Notes: generated from the sequence alone by a model not told the origin. A DNA stretch of 64,000 bases from an uncultured Candidatus Saccharimonadales bacterium (GCA_964467655.1 CAYXSN010000007.1:682-64681), one strand, 5' to 3'; positions 48,853-56,446 are shown, counted from the first letter of the stretch. Numbers and translations: made by a program.

Positions 48853-49077
48853 ATGACAAAACGAATCGACACGATTTACAAGGAAATCGGCAAGCGCATA
48901 TCAAGCGCTCGTGCTAAGCGTGGTTGGACGCAGGAAAAGTTGGCAGCCGAAAGTGAAGTCGCCAGTGCGCACATTGGCTTCATCGAACAGGGGCGCAGGC
49001 GGCCAACGGTCACGACCTTGCACAAATTAGCAACGGCACTCAATACAACTCTCGAAGAACTGTTTAAGGGGTTGTAG
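48853..49077 (+). CDS. XRE-family helix-turn-helix transcriptional regulator (apparently leaderless: TAATAT abuts ATG)
   Basis: RGWTQEKLAAESEVASAHIGFIEQGRRRPTVTTLHKLATAL; ATG 48853 inside 48820 ORF. Confidence 0.65.
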   Translation: MTKRIDTIYKEIGKRISSARAKRGWTQEKLAAESEVASAHIGFIEQGRRRPTVTTLHKLATALNTTLEELFKGL

Positions 49078-49079
49078 CC

Positions 49080-49730
49080 GTGACGCAAATATTTATCTTT
49101 GGCGCGAGTACGGCTTATGGTTCAGGTGCAGAACTAGCGGGGTGGGGTGATTTGCTGAAGCAGTCAATGCTCACAAAAATGTATGGCAAGGACGGCCCCG
49201 GCGAGAAATGCGAGGTCTACAACTTTGCCCAACACGGAGCAACCATTGAGTTTGTGCTTGTAGCCGCTCCCGAGCAGCTCAAATATTATCGGAAGTCCGG
49301 AAAAGTTGTCGCAGTAGTTCAGGTCGGTGGGAACAATATTAAAGCCAAGGGTACGCCTGACGGCTTTGTTGTCTCGCTTGAGGAATATGAGAACCTGATG
49401 TCGCAGCTCATTGAGCGGCTGCGTGTAGGTGTGGATGAACTTGTTATGCTTGATGCCCTAATGCCCGTTGACGAGAGCAAGACCAACCCAGAAATTGATA
49501 AGACCACCGGCCGTAAGTCGTATTTCACGAACGATAGGATATTTCTGTTCAATCACGCACTCGGTAAACTTTGTCGAAAGTATAAGGTACATCATATTGA
49601 CCTCACGACTGACCCAAAGGAATGGGTAAAAGACCGTGTTTCTGCGGATGGCCTGCATCCTAATCAAGCTGGCCATCGCTACATCTTCGATAAAGTGTCT
49701 CCCCAGATCGAAAAGTTACTAGAAAGCTAG
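49080..49730 (+). CDS. SGNH/GDSL hydrolase (esterase/lipase family)
   Basis: block I IFIFGASTAYGSG; block V DGLHPNQAGH. Confidence 0.65.
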   Translation: MTQIFIFGASTAYGSGAELAGWGDLLKQSMLTKMYGKDGPGEKCEVYNFAQHGATIEFVLVAAPEQLKYYRKSGKVVAVVQVGGNNIKAKGTPDGFVVSLEEYENLMSQLIERLRVGVDELVMLDALMPVDESKTNPEIDKTTGRKSYFTNDRIFLFNHALGKLCRKYKVHHIDLTTDPKEWVKDRVSADGLHPNQAGHRYIFDKVSPQIEKLLES

Positions 49731-49927
49731 TGCTTATTCTCGCTAAGCTCTTGCTGTAATTGCTCAAGAAGCTCGGGGTTGTTATGCGCCATACTGTGCA
49801 CGCCTGCGCGTAAATCTTCCAGCATAGCGATGGCGTTCTCTCGGGTTGCTTTTTCTGGTTCGTGAGTCTTTAGATAATGCATAACGCTTTCAATATCCTG
49901 CTCGCTGATTTCGTACGTGTCGCTCAT
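49727..49927 (-). CDS. Small acidic hypothetical protein
   Basis: 66-aa ORF downstream of PLD nuclease gene. Confidence 0.3.
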   Translation of the reverse strand: MSDTYEISEQDIESVMHYLKTHEPEKATRENAIAMLEDLRAGVHSMAHNNPELLEQLQQELSENKH

Positions 49928-49936
49928 GACCTCTCC

Positions 49937-50422
49937 TTATACTATGTGCTTGTAAAGTTTCGTAAATTGGATCATCTGTTGTGCGAGTGCCTTCGATTCG
50001 ACCCGGCGCATGATCTCGCAGCTATCGTTTTGCGAAAGGATATTGAGGCTCCCTTCAAACAAAATCTTCCTATCCAGTATAGCCAGCTTGCGATGATGTC
50101 CGCCAGTATAAAGAACCGTTGCGCCGAGATCAAACAGATTACCTAGCGTTTCGTACGCTTCGCCGCGCATATACTCATCTTCGTGCTCGTCGGGGTGCTT
50201 GGTGTTGACGACGATTTTGACACCGCGTGCCCGCAATTTACGCAAAGTTGGCATAAGCCTGGCTAGCCGACGTGAAGTGACGAACGGACTTTCGATTATG
50301 ACCTCTTTAGTGCAGCGCTCCAGATCGCGGATAAACCTCGGGTAGAAGGTATCTTGGTCAAGCAGGCTGGATGTAGGCAGCTCGGTAGGGGACGGGGCGG
50401 CAAAGTTAAAAGGCCTAAGCAT
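49937..50422 (-). CDS. Phospholipase-D-superfamily (HKD) nuclease, Nuc-like
   Basis: HKD motif HHRKLAILDRKILFEGSLN; start taken at ATG 50420-50422 (ORF opens at 50440); ATG overlaps stop of small ORF 50415..50555 (ATGCTTAG). Confidence 0.6.
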   Translation of the reverse strand: MLRPFNFAAPSPTELPTSSLLDQDTFYPRFIRDLERCTKEVIIESPFVTSRRLARLMPTLRKLRARGVKIVVNTKHPDEHEDEYMRGEAYETLGNLFDLGATVLYTGGHHRKLAILDRKILFEGSLNILSQNDSCEIMRRVESKALAQQMIQFTKLYKHIV

Positions 50423-50555
50423 CGCTCGCCTCCATGTCATTCAAATAAACAACTTCACCATTGATGAAAGCCAGCCCGAACCGTTCAAGTTTTGAGTGTA
50501 TCAACCGTAACTCAGCCTCAAAGTGGTTCCACCTACAATCCATTAGGCGCACCAT
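50415..50555 (-). CDS. 46-aa small protein, family member 1 (MVRLMDCRWNHFEAELRLIHSKLERFGLAFINGEVVYLNDMEASDA)
   Basis: four intact paralogs of identical 46-aa length in window; translationally coupled to PLD nuclease gene. Confidence 0.5.
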   Translation of the reverse strand: MVRLMDCRWNHFEAELRLIHSKLERFGLAFINGEVVYLNDMEASDA

Positions 50556-50642
50556 TTTAGAGTTACAGATAGAAAAGCGTTCCAGATCGGGCGCTTTTTT
50601 ATATTGAGACCGCATCGTAATCTGTTGCATTGGTTAGAGTCC
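50525..50642. repeat. Composite repeat unit U1: box1 (GGTTCCACCTAcAATCCAtTaGgCGCACCAT = start of small ORF, antisense) + terminator hairpin AAAAGCGTTCCAGATCGGGCGCTTTTTT (50573-50600) + box3 ATATTGAGACCGCATCGTAATCTGTTGCATTGGTTAGAGTCC
   Basis: near-identical to U2 (51482-51600) over ~75 bp; partial copies at 52415, 53476, 54355, 55367, 55539. Confidence 0.8.
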
Positions 50643-50682
50643 TTTATGGCTGAAAATCTCACTGGTTGATATACTTGTATTC

Positions 50683-51375
50683 ATGTTTAGATCTGTCGCC
50701 TTTTTTGATATCGACAACACCATGTATGACGGGTTTTCTTACTTTGCACTTTTAGAAAGGCAGGTTAGTGAGGGCCTAATAAAGCAGGAGACACTTACCG
50801 CTGCACTGGCGAGTATGCAAAAATATAAGGCCAAGACCCAGGATTATGAAACGACAATCGTTGAGATGCTCGATATTTATGCCGCAGGCTTAAAAGGCGC
50901 CGAACATACTACTGTCCTCGAATCAACGAGGCAGTTTTACGAAAAATCGGACAAATTCTTCGCCTATGTTAGCCCAACCATTAAAGAGCTAAAAGGCTCA
51001 CATGATATCGCCCTCGTGACTGGCGAACCCCAGTTTGTCGCCGAGGCGGTGAAGGATCTCTTCGGTGCGAACTCGTATCATTCTACTGAATATGAGGTTA
51101 TTGACGGGGTATTCACGGGCCGTATTAAGTCCTACCTTGCCTCGCGTCACGAAAAGCACGATGCCATCAAGCATCTCATGCAAGGTCATAGCGTCAAAAA
51201 TTCTTTTGCGTTTGGAGATTCTGAGGGAGATATAGAAATGCTGCGAGCAGTGGAATATCCTATATGTCTCAATGCCACTGACGGCTTACGTGCAATTGCC
51301 ACCGAGCAGGGCTGGAATATGCCCGACATTGACGCGGTGACCAAACTTGTCGCAAGTCTTACTAAGGCGGCCTAA
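50683..51375 (+). CDS. HAD-superfamily hydrolase (HAD-IB/SerB-like phosphatase)
   Basis: motif I FFDIDNT; motif IV FGDSEGDIEML. Confidence 0.7.
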   Translation: MFRSVAFFDIDNTMYDGFSYFALLERQVSEGLIKQETLTAALASMQKYKAKTQDYETTIVEMLDIYAAGLKGAEHTTVLESTRQFYEKSDKFFAYVSPTIKELKGSHDIALVTGEPQFVAEAVKDLFGANSYHSTEYEVIDGVFTGRIKSYLASRHEKHDAIKHLMQGHSVKNSFAFGDSEGDIEMLRAVEYPICLNATDGLRAIATEQGWNMPDIDAVTKLVASLTKAA

Positions 51376-51512
51376 AACTCATTGTCGTACTCTTGACCTG
51401 AGTCGAGTACAATCCGACCGCCGATATTTATTAAGCCAAATAGGACCAATTTTTCATACATCAGGATGCTTATCTCGATGTGGTTCCACCTATAATCCAG
51501 TTGCCGCACCAT
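51372..51512 (-). CDS. 46-aa small protein, family member 2 (MVRQLDYRWNHIEISILMYEKLVLFGLINIGGRIVLDSGQEYDNEF)
   Basis: hand translation; below ORF-track length cutoff; shares N-terminal MVRxxDxRWNH with paralogs. Confidence 0.45.
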   Translation of the reverse strand: MVRQLDYRWNHIEISILMYEKLVLFGLINIGGRIVLDSGQEYDNEF

Positions 51513-51600
51513 TTTCAGAATTACAGATAGGAAGGCGTTCCAGGTCGGGCGCTTTTTTATATTGAGACCGCATCGTAATCTGTTGCATCGGTTAGAGTCC
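51482..51600. repeat. Composite repeat unit U2 (box1 + terminator hairpin 51532-51557 + box3)
   Basis: see U1. Confidence 0.8.
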
Positions 51601-51652
51601 TTTCTGTTTGATGGCCAAGCTCGTTGTGTAACTCTTATGATAAAATGTCAGT

Positions 51653-52300
51653 ATGCAGCTCGCGCGACGCTTTAGAAATTTGAGTAATCGCTATCCATTC
51701 GCTGGGCCACTTATGTGGCTGCTGACGTTTCAGTTCTTCATTGCGGAGATTGTGACTGCGAACAGTTGGGCCAAGTTGCCCTACAGTTATCGATTGAACG
51801 CCATTAGCGATCTGGGCGCAGTTGGATGCGGTCTATTCGATGACGACCGTTTCGTGTGCTCGCCACTTCATGGAATTATGAATGGCTCGTTGATCCTACT
51901 GGGCATCACGATGGCCGTAGGATCGGTGCTCCTGTACACACGCTTACAAAAGAGTAAGGTTGGGTTTAGCCTGATGACATTAGCAGGCATTGGCGCATTC
52001 TTGGTTGGAATATTCCCCGAGGACACGGTCTTTTGGGTGCACATCGTAGGTCAAGACCTGGCGTTCGTATTCGGGAACGTTGCTTTGATAGTTTTTGGTT
52101 TTACACTGCCGGCACCGCGCGTATTTCGTTGGTATAGCATTACATCGGGAACAGTAGCACTCGTAGCACTCGTATTATTTTTATCGCATCATCGCCTCTT
52201 CTTGGAACTTGGCGGTATGGAGCGAACCGTAGCCTATCCGCTCCTCCTTTGGCTGATAGTAGCGGGTGGATATTTTGCAACAAGACGAGTTCGTAACTGA
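51653..52300 (+). CDS. Polytopic membrane protein, DUF998-like
   Basis: 215 aa, ~6 TM; N-terminal ...LNAISDLGAV motif. Confidence 0.4.
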   Translation: MQLARRFRNLSNRYPFAGPLMWLLTFQFFIAEIVTANSWAKLPYSYRLNAISDLGAVGCGLFDDDRFVCSPLHGIMNGSLILLGITMAVGSVLLYTRLQKSKVGFSLMTLAGIGAFLVGIFPEDTVFWVHIVGQDLAFVFGNVALIVFGFTLPAPRVFRWYSITSGTVALVALVLFLSHHRLFLELGGMERTVAYPLLLWLIVAGGYFATRRVRN

Positions 52301-52304
52301 ATAC

Positions 52305-52445
52305 CTAAGCATCGCCTTCCTCAACTTCGCAAAGATAAACGACCTCTCCACTCATGAAAACTAGCCCTAATTGTTCAAGCTTTGACTGTATCAACCGCAG
52401 GCCAGACTCTAGGTGGTTCCACCTATAATCCACTTGCTGCACCAT
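52305..52445 (-). CDS. 46-aa small protein, family member 3 (MVQQVDYRWNHLESGLRLIQSKLEQLGLVFMSGEVVYLCEVEEGDA); ORF track extends it to 52487 with an alternative start
   Basis: paralog; same length and same terminal GATGCTTAG as member 1. Confidence 0.5.
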   Translation of the reverse strand: MVQQVDYRWNHLESGLRLIQSKLEQLGLVFMSGEVVYLCEVEEGDA

Positions 52446-52500
52446 AAACGAAATCACCGTTTTTAATGAACCCGTTATAGGGTTCATTTAGTTTATAAGA
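52415..52500. repeat. Partial repeat unit U3: box1 (52415-52445) followed by two hairpins (AAACG-n7-CGTTTTT; AATGAACCC-gttata-GGGTTCATT) instead of box3
   Basis: seen directly. Confidence 0.6.
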
Positions 52501-52579
52501 CACTTTTGAAACAGGTTTCTTCTACTCTCAGCAAGACGGTAGTTACCTGTATAATGAGGGTAACCTATGGGGTACCTTC

Positions 52580-53317
52580 TTGAAAAACAATAGCTACTAC
52601 AAAGTCACGCAACTTGACACCGATTTGTGGGCTTTTGAAGATGTAAAAAGTAGCGAGGACTCAATAAGCTATCTTTTGTGTGGCAAAAACAAAGCATTAG
52701 TGTTTGATACGGGGCTTGGCTTAAGCCCCGTATTGCCGCTAATTAAAGAAATAACTGAATTACCGCTCATAGCTTGTCTGTCACACTGGCACTTTGACCA
52801 TTCAGGAGGGGCACATGAGTTTGATGAGGTGATTGGCTGGCATTCACAACAGATGAAAAATACTAGTGAGAACGGCGTTAGCTTAGATGTCATTAAAGCT
52901 AACGTTAGCACTACCTTTTGGAAAAGTATTGGAAGAGGTAATTATCAAACAAAAGGTTTCCCACTTCAGATGATTAGCCAGGAACAAACACTAGACTTAG
53001 GAGGTTTTGAACTTAAAGTTTTACATACGCCTGGCCATACTTCTGACTCTATTTGTCTATATGAAGGACAGAAGAAGTGGTTATTCGCAGGTGATAGCGC
53101 ATACCCTGGTCCAATATATTTGCATTTTGCTGATTCTGATACTAATACGTACCAGGATTCTTTAACAAAGCTTGCGAAGCTTGATGTCGAAAGTATTTTC
53201 CCAGGCCATAACTCTCTGAAAACATCAAAAGACTTGCTGGTTGAGTTAGATAAAATGCTAACTAACCCCTCCTACAAGTCACAACTTTTCCCTGAACTGA
53301 GTATTCGAAAGTCTTAG
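52580..53317 (+). CDS. MBL-fold metallo-hydrolase
   Basis: HWHFDHSGG (HxHxDH), downstream H and D ligands. Confidence 0.7.
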   Translation: MKNNSYYKVTQLDTDLWAFEDVKSSEDSISYLLCGKNKALVFDTGLGLSPVLPLIKEITELPLIACLSHWHFDHSGGAHEFDEVIGWHSQQMKNTSENGVSLDVIKANVSTTFWKSIGRGNYQTKGFPLQMISQEQTLDLGGFELKVLHTPGHTSDSICLYEGQKKWLFAGDSAYPGPIYLHFADSDTNTYQDSLTKLAKLDVESIFPGHNSLKTSKDLLVELDKMLTNPSYKSQLFPELSIRKS

Positions 53318-53475
53318 ATCACCTGGATGGGGCTTTATTTTTGATCTAGTGTGAGTCCCGTCCCTTACCTACTAAGTAAATAATTCCGATAAGGGACTTT
53401 CAGTATTTTCCTCCAACGGGCTATTTCATCCCTGATGGGGTGTAAACTTTTTTGGAGCTGCTGTACCAGTTTAGT

Positions 53476-53556
53476 TTTACAGATAAGTGGATGTTCCAGA
53501 TGAGGCGTCTATTCACGTTGAGCTCGACATATAATCTGCTACCTTGGTTAGGCCCT
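53476..53556. repeat. Partial diverged repeat unit U3b (hairpin region + box3-like ...ATAATCTGCTACCTTGGTTAGGCCC) lacking box1
   Basis: alignable to U1 50563-50645 at ~65% identity. Confidence 0.5.
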
Positions 53557-53619
53557 TTCTGTGCGCCGAGCTGCGATTTTAGCTTGACATAGTAAGTACA
53601 CGTAAGTACAATTAAAGTT

Positions 53620-53871
53620 ATGGTACGAGCAATAGTCACGAAATCAGGGAATTCATATGCGCTTCGAGTGCCGAAGCGATATATTGACGACAATAAACTA
53701 CGGCTAGGCGATGTGGTAACTCTTGAGGAGCCACTTACGCTGCAGAGGAATGCTCTGGAAGCGCTCGTGAGGCAGGGGAAAACACACGGAGCGATTAGCG
53801 GAATTGCTGACCCGGTGAAATGGCAACGCCAGCAGCGGCAATCAAGCGACCCCTGGGAAGAACTAAAGTGA
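53620..53871 (+). CDS. AbrB/MazE/SpoVT-fold antitoxin
   Basis: MVRAIVTKSGNSYALRVPKRYIDDNKLRLGDVV swapped-hairpin pattern. Confidence 0.6.
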   Translation: MVRAIVTKSGNSYALRVPKRYIDDNKLRLGDVVTLEEPLTLQRNALEALVRQGKTHGAISGIADPVKWQRQQRQSSDPWEELK

Positions 53872-54239
53872 TTTTGCTAGATAGCAATATAGTAATCTAT
53901 CTCCGTGACCCGCAATGGGGGGAGAAGATTTTCAATCAAATTGATGGAGAAAGACTAGCAACCTGTAACGTAATAATTTCAGAAGTCCTGGGCTTTAAGG
54001 GGCTACCAAAAGCTGACGCTGATCATTTCGAGCGCTTTTTTGTAACCATGAAAAACTTTCAGTTTGATGAGGCGGTTACAAAGATGGTGATAGAGCTTAG
54101 GAGAAGGTATGTAATCCAATTGCCCGATGCAATTATTGCAGCTTCAGCTCTAGTAAACGATCTCACACTTTATACTCATAATGCAGAAGATTTCGAAAAG
54201 ATTTCAGATCTGCTACTCTTTGATCCGCTTGCACCATAG
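53868..54239 (+). CDS. vapC: PIN-domain toxin (VapC-like)
   Basis: GTG start overlapping antitoxin stop (GTGA); VILLDSNIVIYL (first acidic residue), further conserved D/E positions. Confidence 0.6.
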   Translation: MILLDSNIVIYLRDPQWGEKIFNQIDGERLATCNVIISEVLGFKGLPKADADHFERFFVTMKNFQFDEAVTKMVIELRRRYVIQLPDAIIAASALVNDLTLYTHNAEDFEKISDLLLFDPLAP

Positions 54240-54244
54240 AGACT

Positions 54245-54385
54245 CTACTTGAGGCAGCCGAACGGGTACTCGACATACACGTGACTACCATTTATACAGG
54301 CGATCCCGAATCGCTCAAGCTTAGAGTGTACTAGCCGTAATCCAACCTCAAGGAGGTTCCACCTATAATCCACTTGCTGCACCAT
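54245..54385 (-). CDS. 46-aa small protein, family member 4 (MVQQVDYRWNLLEVGLRLVHSKLERFGIACINGSHVYVEYPFGCLK)
   Basis: hand translation; below ORF-track cutoff. Confidence 0.45.
   Translation of the reverse strand: MVQQVDYRWNLLEVGLRLVHSKLERFGIACINGSHVYVEYPFGCLK
54355..54385. repeat. Repeat box1 copy U4 (GGTTCCACCTATAATCCACTTGCTGCACCAT)
   Basis: identical to U3 box1 over 31 nt. Confidence 0.7.
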
Positions 54386-54402
54386 TCTGAAATAACAGGT
54401 AT

Positions 54403-54430
54403 GACACATCGAATAATGTGTCTTTTGTTT
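54403..54430 (+). terminator. Intrinsic terminator (GACACAT-cgaata-ATGTGTC followed by TTTTGTTT)
   Basis: seen directly. Confidence 0.55.
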
Positions 54431-54538
54431 CTCGAGACTACTACATCTACCTCTGTACCGCTGAGTGTAAGTCTCATTTGCTTAAAATGCTCTGCGTACG
54501 CTACGATTAAGTTGAATTATTCATAATCGCGCGCGGGG

Positions 54539-55249
54539 ATGCCTATGAGAAAGACCGATCAGGCAGGCTTCAGCATCATTGAAGCATTACTTATCTTAGT
54601 GGTTGTTGGCATCTTAGGTTTCACAGGTTGGTCTGTATACCATTCTCGAACGGTTACTAACAAAGATTACAGTTCATCAGCTTATACGCAGACCACGTCG
54701 CCTGATCTATATAAGGGTTGGAAATCCGCTAGCCTTAAGTATGAAAAAATGAGTTTTAAATACCCAAACACATGGCAAATCAGCGACACCTCTCAAGATG
54801 AGGTAGGGACGGGCGGTACTGCAACGCCAGGCGCTGATGACGTTACGCTGACAAGCCCTACTGGTCTTTACGTGAGCATTATGTCGGGCCAGGCAGGCGT
54901 TGACACCAACGGCTCGCTGATAGGCTTATCAACCTCGCGACCCATCAACACGCTTGGTGGTAGTTATTTCCTCGTTTATTACACACATAAGGCTCAGAGT
55001 ACTACCGAAGCACGGGGGGCTTGCATTAATAAGACTGCAAGCTCTACGGGTGGCCCGTCGATAGCCAGTAAAAATATCCAACTGGCAGGCATAGCAAGCG
55101 GTGCTGCTATATCTGCAGCTAATCTAATTTGTATTGGCTACCCAGCGCCAAACAGCACATCCCCCGTGCCAGTGAAGCCTGTGTCGGCGTTTGAGCAGGA
55201 CGCGTCATACAACGACGCCAAACTCATTCTTGAGTCACTTACGTATTAG
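54539..55249 (+). CDS. Type IV pilin-like protein (prepilin-type N-terminal cleavage/methylation signal)
   Basis: MPMRKTDQAG/FSIIEALLILVVVGILGF: Gly-Phe cleavage site, Glu+5, hydrophobic helix; Thr/Ser-rich globular part. Confidence 0.55.
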   Translation: MPMRKTDQAGFSIIEALLILVVVGILGFTGWSVYHSRTVTNKDYSSSAYTQTTSPDLYKGWKSASLKYEKMSFKYPNTWQISDTSQDEVGTGGTATPGADDVTLTSPTGLYVSIMSGQAGVDTNGSLIGLSTSRPINTLGGSYFLVYYTHKAQSTTEARGACINKTASSTGGPSIASKNIQLAGIASGAAISAANLICIGYPAPNSTSPVPVKPVSAFEQDASYNDAKLILESLTY

Positions 55250-55290
55250 TTTAGATAGTATAAATGTAACTCCCTACACTTACTTAGAAG

Positions 55291-55571
55291 CTAAATGCTC
55301 TCGATAGGGCTCATCCAATATTTCTCTCCATCGAGCCAGTTCAACAGTAATAGAATGTAAACATTTTCCCACTTGCAGCACCAGGAATAATCTACAGATA
55401 AGAAAGCGCACCAGAACGGGCGCTTTTTGGTTCTGTACTGTAATCTGTTGCAGTGGTTAGGGTGCTTACCGGATCTTAAATCGTAAGTAAAGCCTAGTTT
55501 GTCGAGTTTTGCGTACATACGCATCAGACTTGCCACAAACTGATTCCACCTAAGATCCACCTCGCGCACCA
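55291..55571 (-). CDS. Small-protein family member 5, extended (MVREVDLRWNQFVASLMRMYAKLDKLGF...) reading through repeat U5; ORF track opens it at 55707
   Basis: N-terminus matches family; lacks the usual stop after ~46 codons, so possibly a degenerate copy. Confidence 0.3.
55367..55464. repeat. Repeat unit U5 (truncated box1 CCCACTTGCAGCACCA + hairpin 55401-55427 + box3-like GTAATCTGTTGCAGTGGTTAGGGTGC)
   Basis: seen directly. Confidence 0.6.
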
Positions 55572-55614
55572 TTATATTGTTCGTAACCTTCAACCGGTTG
55601 CATTGGTCAGCGCC
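55539..55614. repeat. Repeat unit U6 (box1-like GATTCCACCTAAGATCCACCTCGCGCACCAT + box3-like GGTTGCATTGGTCAGCGCC, no hairpin)
   Basis: seen directly. Confidence 0.5.
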
Positions 55615-55672
55615 CCTTGCGCGCGCAAAACTCACCACACAGAAAGCCAAAGTATCTTGGTAAACTAGTTGT

Positions 55673-56446
55673 ATGAGACAAAACGATAGCAAGCAGCGGG
55701 GCGCCATAACGAGTGTGCTCTACTATTTCTGCACATTACTTGTCATAATGATCCCGTTTTGGGTATTGGGATCAGTTACACGTATTCACGGCCTGCCATT
55801 CAACATGCAATTGAATGTGTTGTTGGTACTCGTTATGCCGGTAGTTGCGCTCTACTTTATTGCCCGTACGTATGGTACATCGTCACTCAGACGGGTTGCC
55901 ATCGATTGTCTGCCGGGCCATCGCGCCAGTAATCTTGCGCTAGCGATTGCGTTTCTGACGGTGCCAGCTGTGGCAATGCTTGTGTTCTCTGCGGCTCATT
56001 TCTTTGTGGCGTTTGACGGCTGGCCGGTCGCATTCGTACTGGTACCGGCATATTTCATCGTTTACTACTTTGCTGCAGCGTTCGAAGAGATAGGTTGGAC
56101 TTGGTACGCTACGCCGATCTTGGGCAGGAAAATGAGCGTTGTTGGTACGGGCGTCACCGTCGGTGTAGTCTGGGCTGCTCTGCATACATTGCCATGGTAT
56201 CAGCAGAACGGCTGGTGGTTTATGACTGGGATGATCATCTTTTCCGTACTAAGCCGCATTATCATGACCTGGGTATATCTGTGTAACGGCAGACTGCTTT
56301 GGTTAAGCATCGCTTATCACGCTATGATCAATACGACATTCACACTGTTTCACCCAGGTAGCCCGTATGCTAATCCGTTCTTGTATGCAATAGCTCTTAC
56401 GCCATTGGTAATTTGGATCTTGTATCGTGCTAATTCCCATGATTAA
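55673..56446 (+). CDS. CPBP-family (CAAX protease/Abi) intramembrane metalloprotease
   Basis: multi-TM; motif 1 AAFEEIGW; motif 2 AALHT; motif 3 AYHAMIN. Confidence 0.6.
   Translation: MRQNDSKQRGAITSVLYYFCTLLVIMIPFWVLGSVTRIHGLPFNMQLNVLLVLVMPVVALYFIARTYGTSSLRRVAIDCLPGHRASNLALAIAFLTVPAVAMLVFSAAHFFVAFDGWPVAFVLVPAYFIVYYFAAAFEEIGWTWYATPILGRKMSVVGTGVTVGVVWAALHTLPWYQQNGWWFMTGMIIFSVLSRIIMTWVYLCNGRLLWLSIAYHAMINTTFTLFHPGSPYANPFLYAIALTPLVIWILYRANSHD

Noticed and set aside
51347-51565. 72-aa plus-strand ORF across repeat U2
   Set aside because: It is the antisense of small-protein member 2 and of the repeat boxes; its translation is not conserved between units.
53421-53693. 90-aa minus-strand ORF across repeat U3b and MazE start
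   Set aside because: It overlaps the MazE-like gene start and the diverged repeat; it has no family resemblance.
55291-55707. 138-aa reading of small-protein member 5 from TTG 55707
   Set aside because: The upstream extension overlaps the CPBP gene start, and the downstream read-through translates repeat box3 and the hairpin. Only the family-like N-terminus from ATG 55571 was kept, flagged as degenerate.
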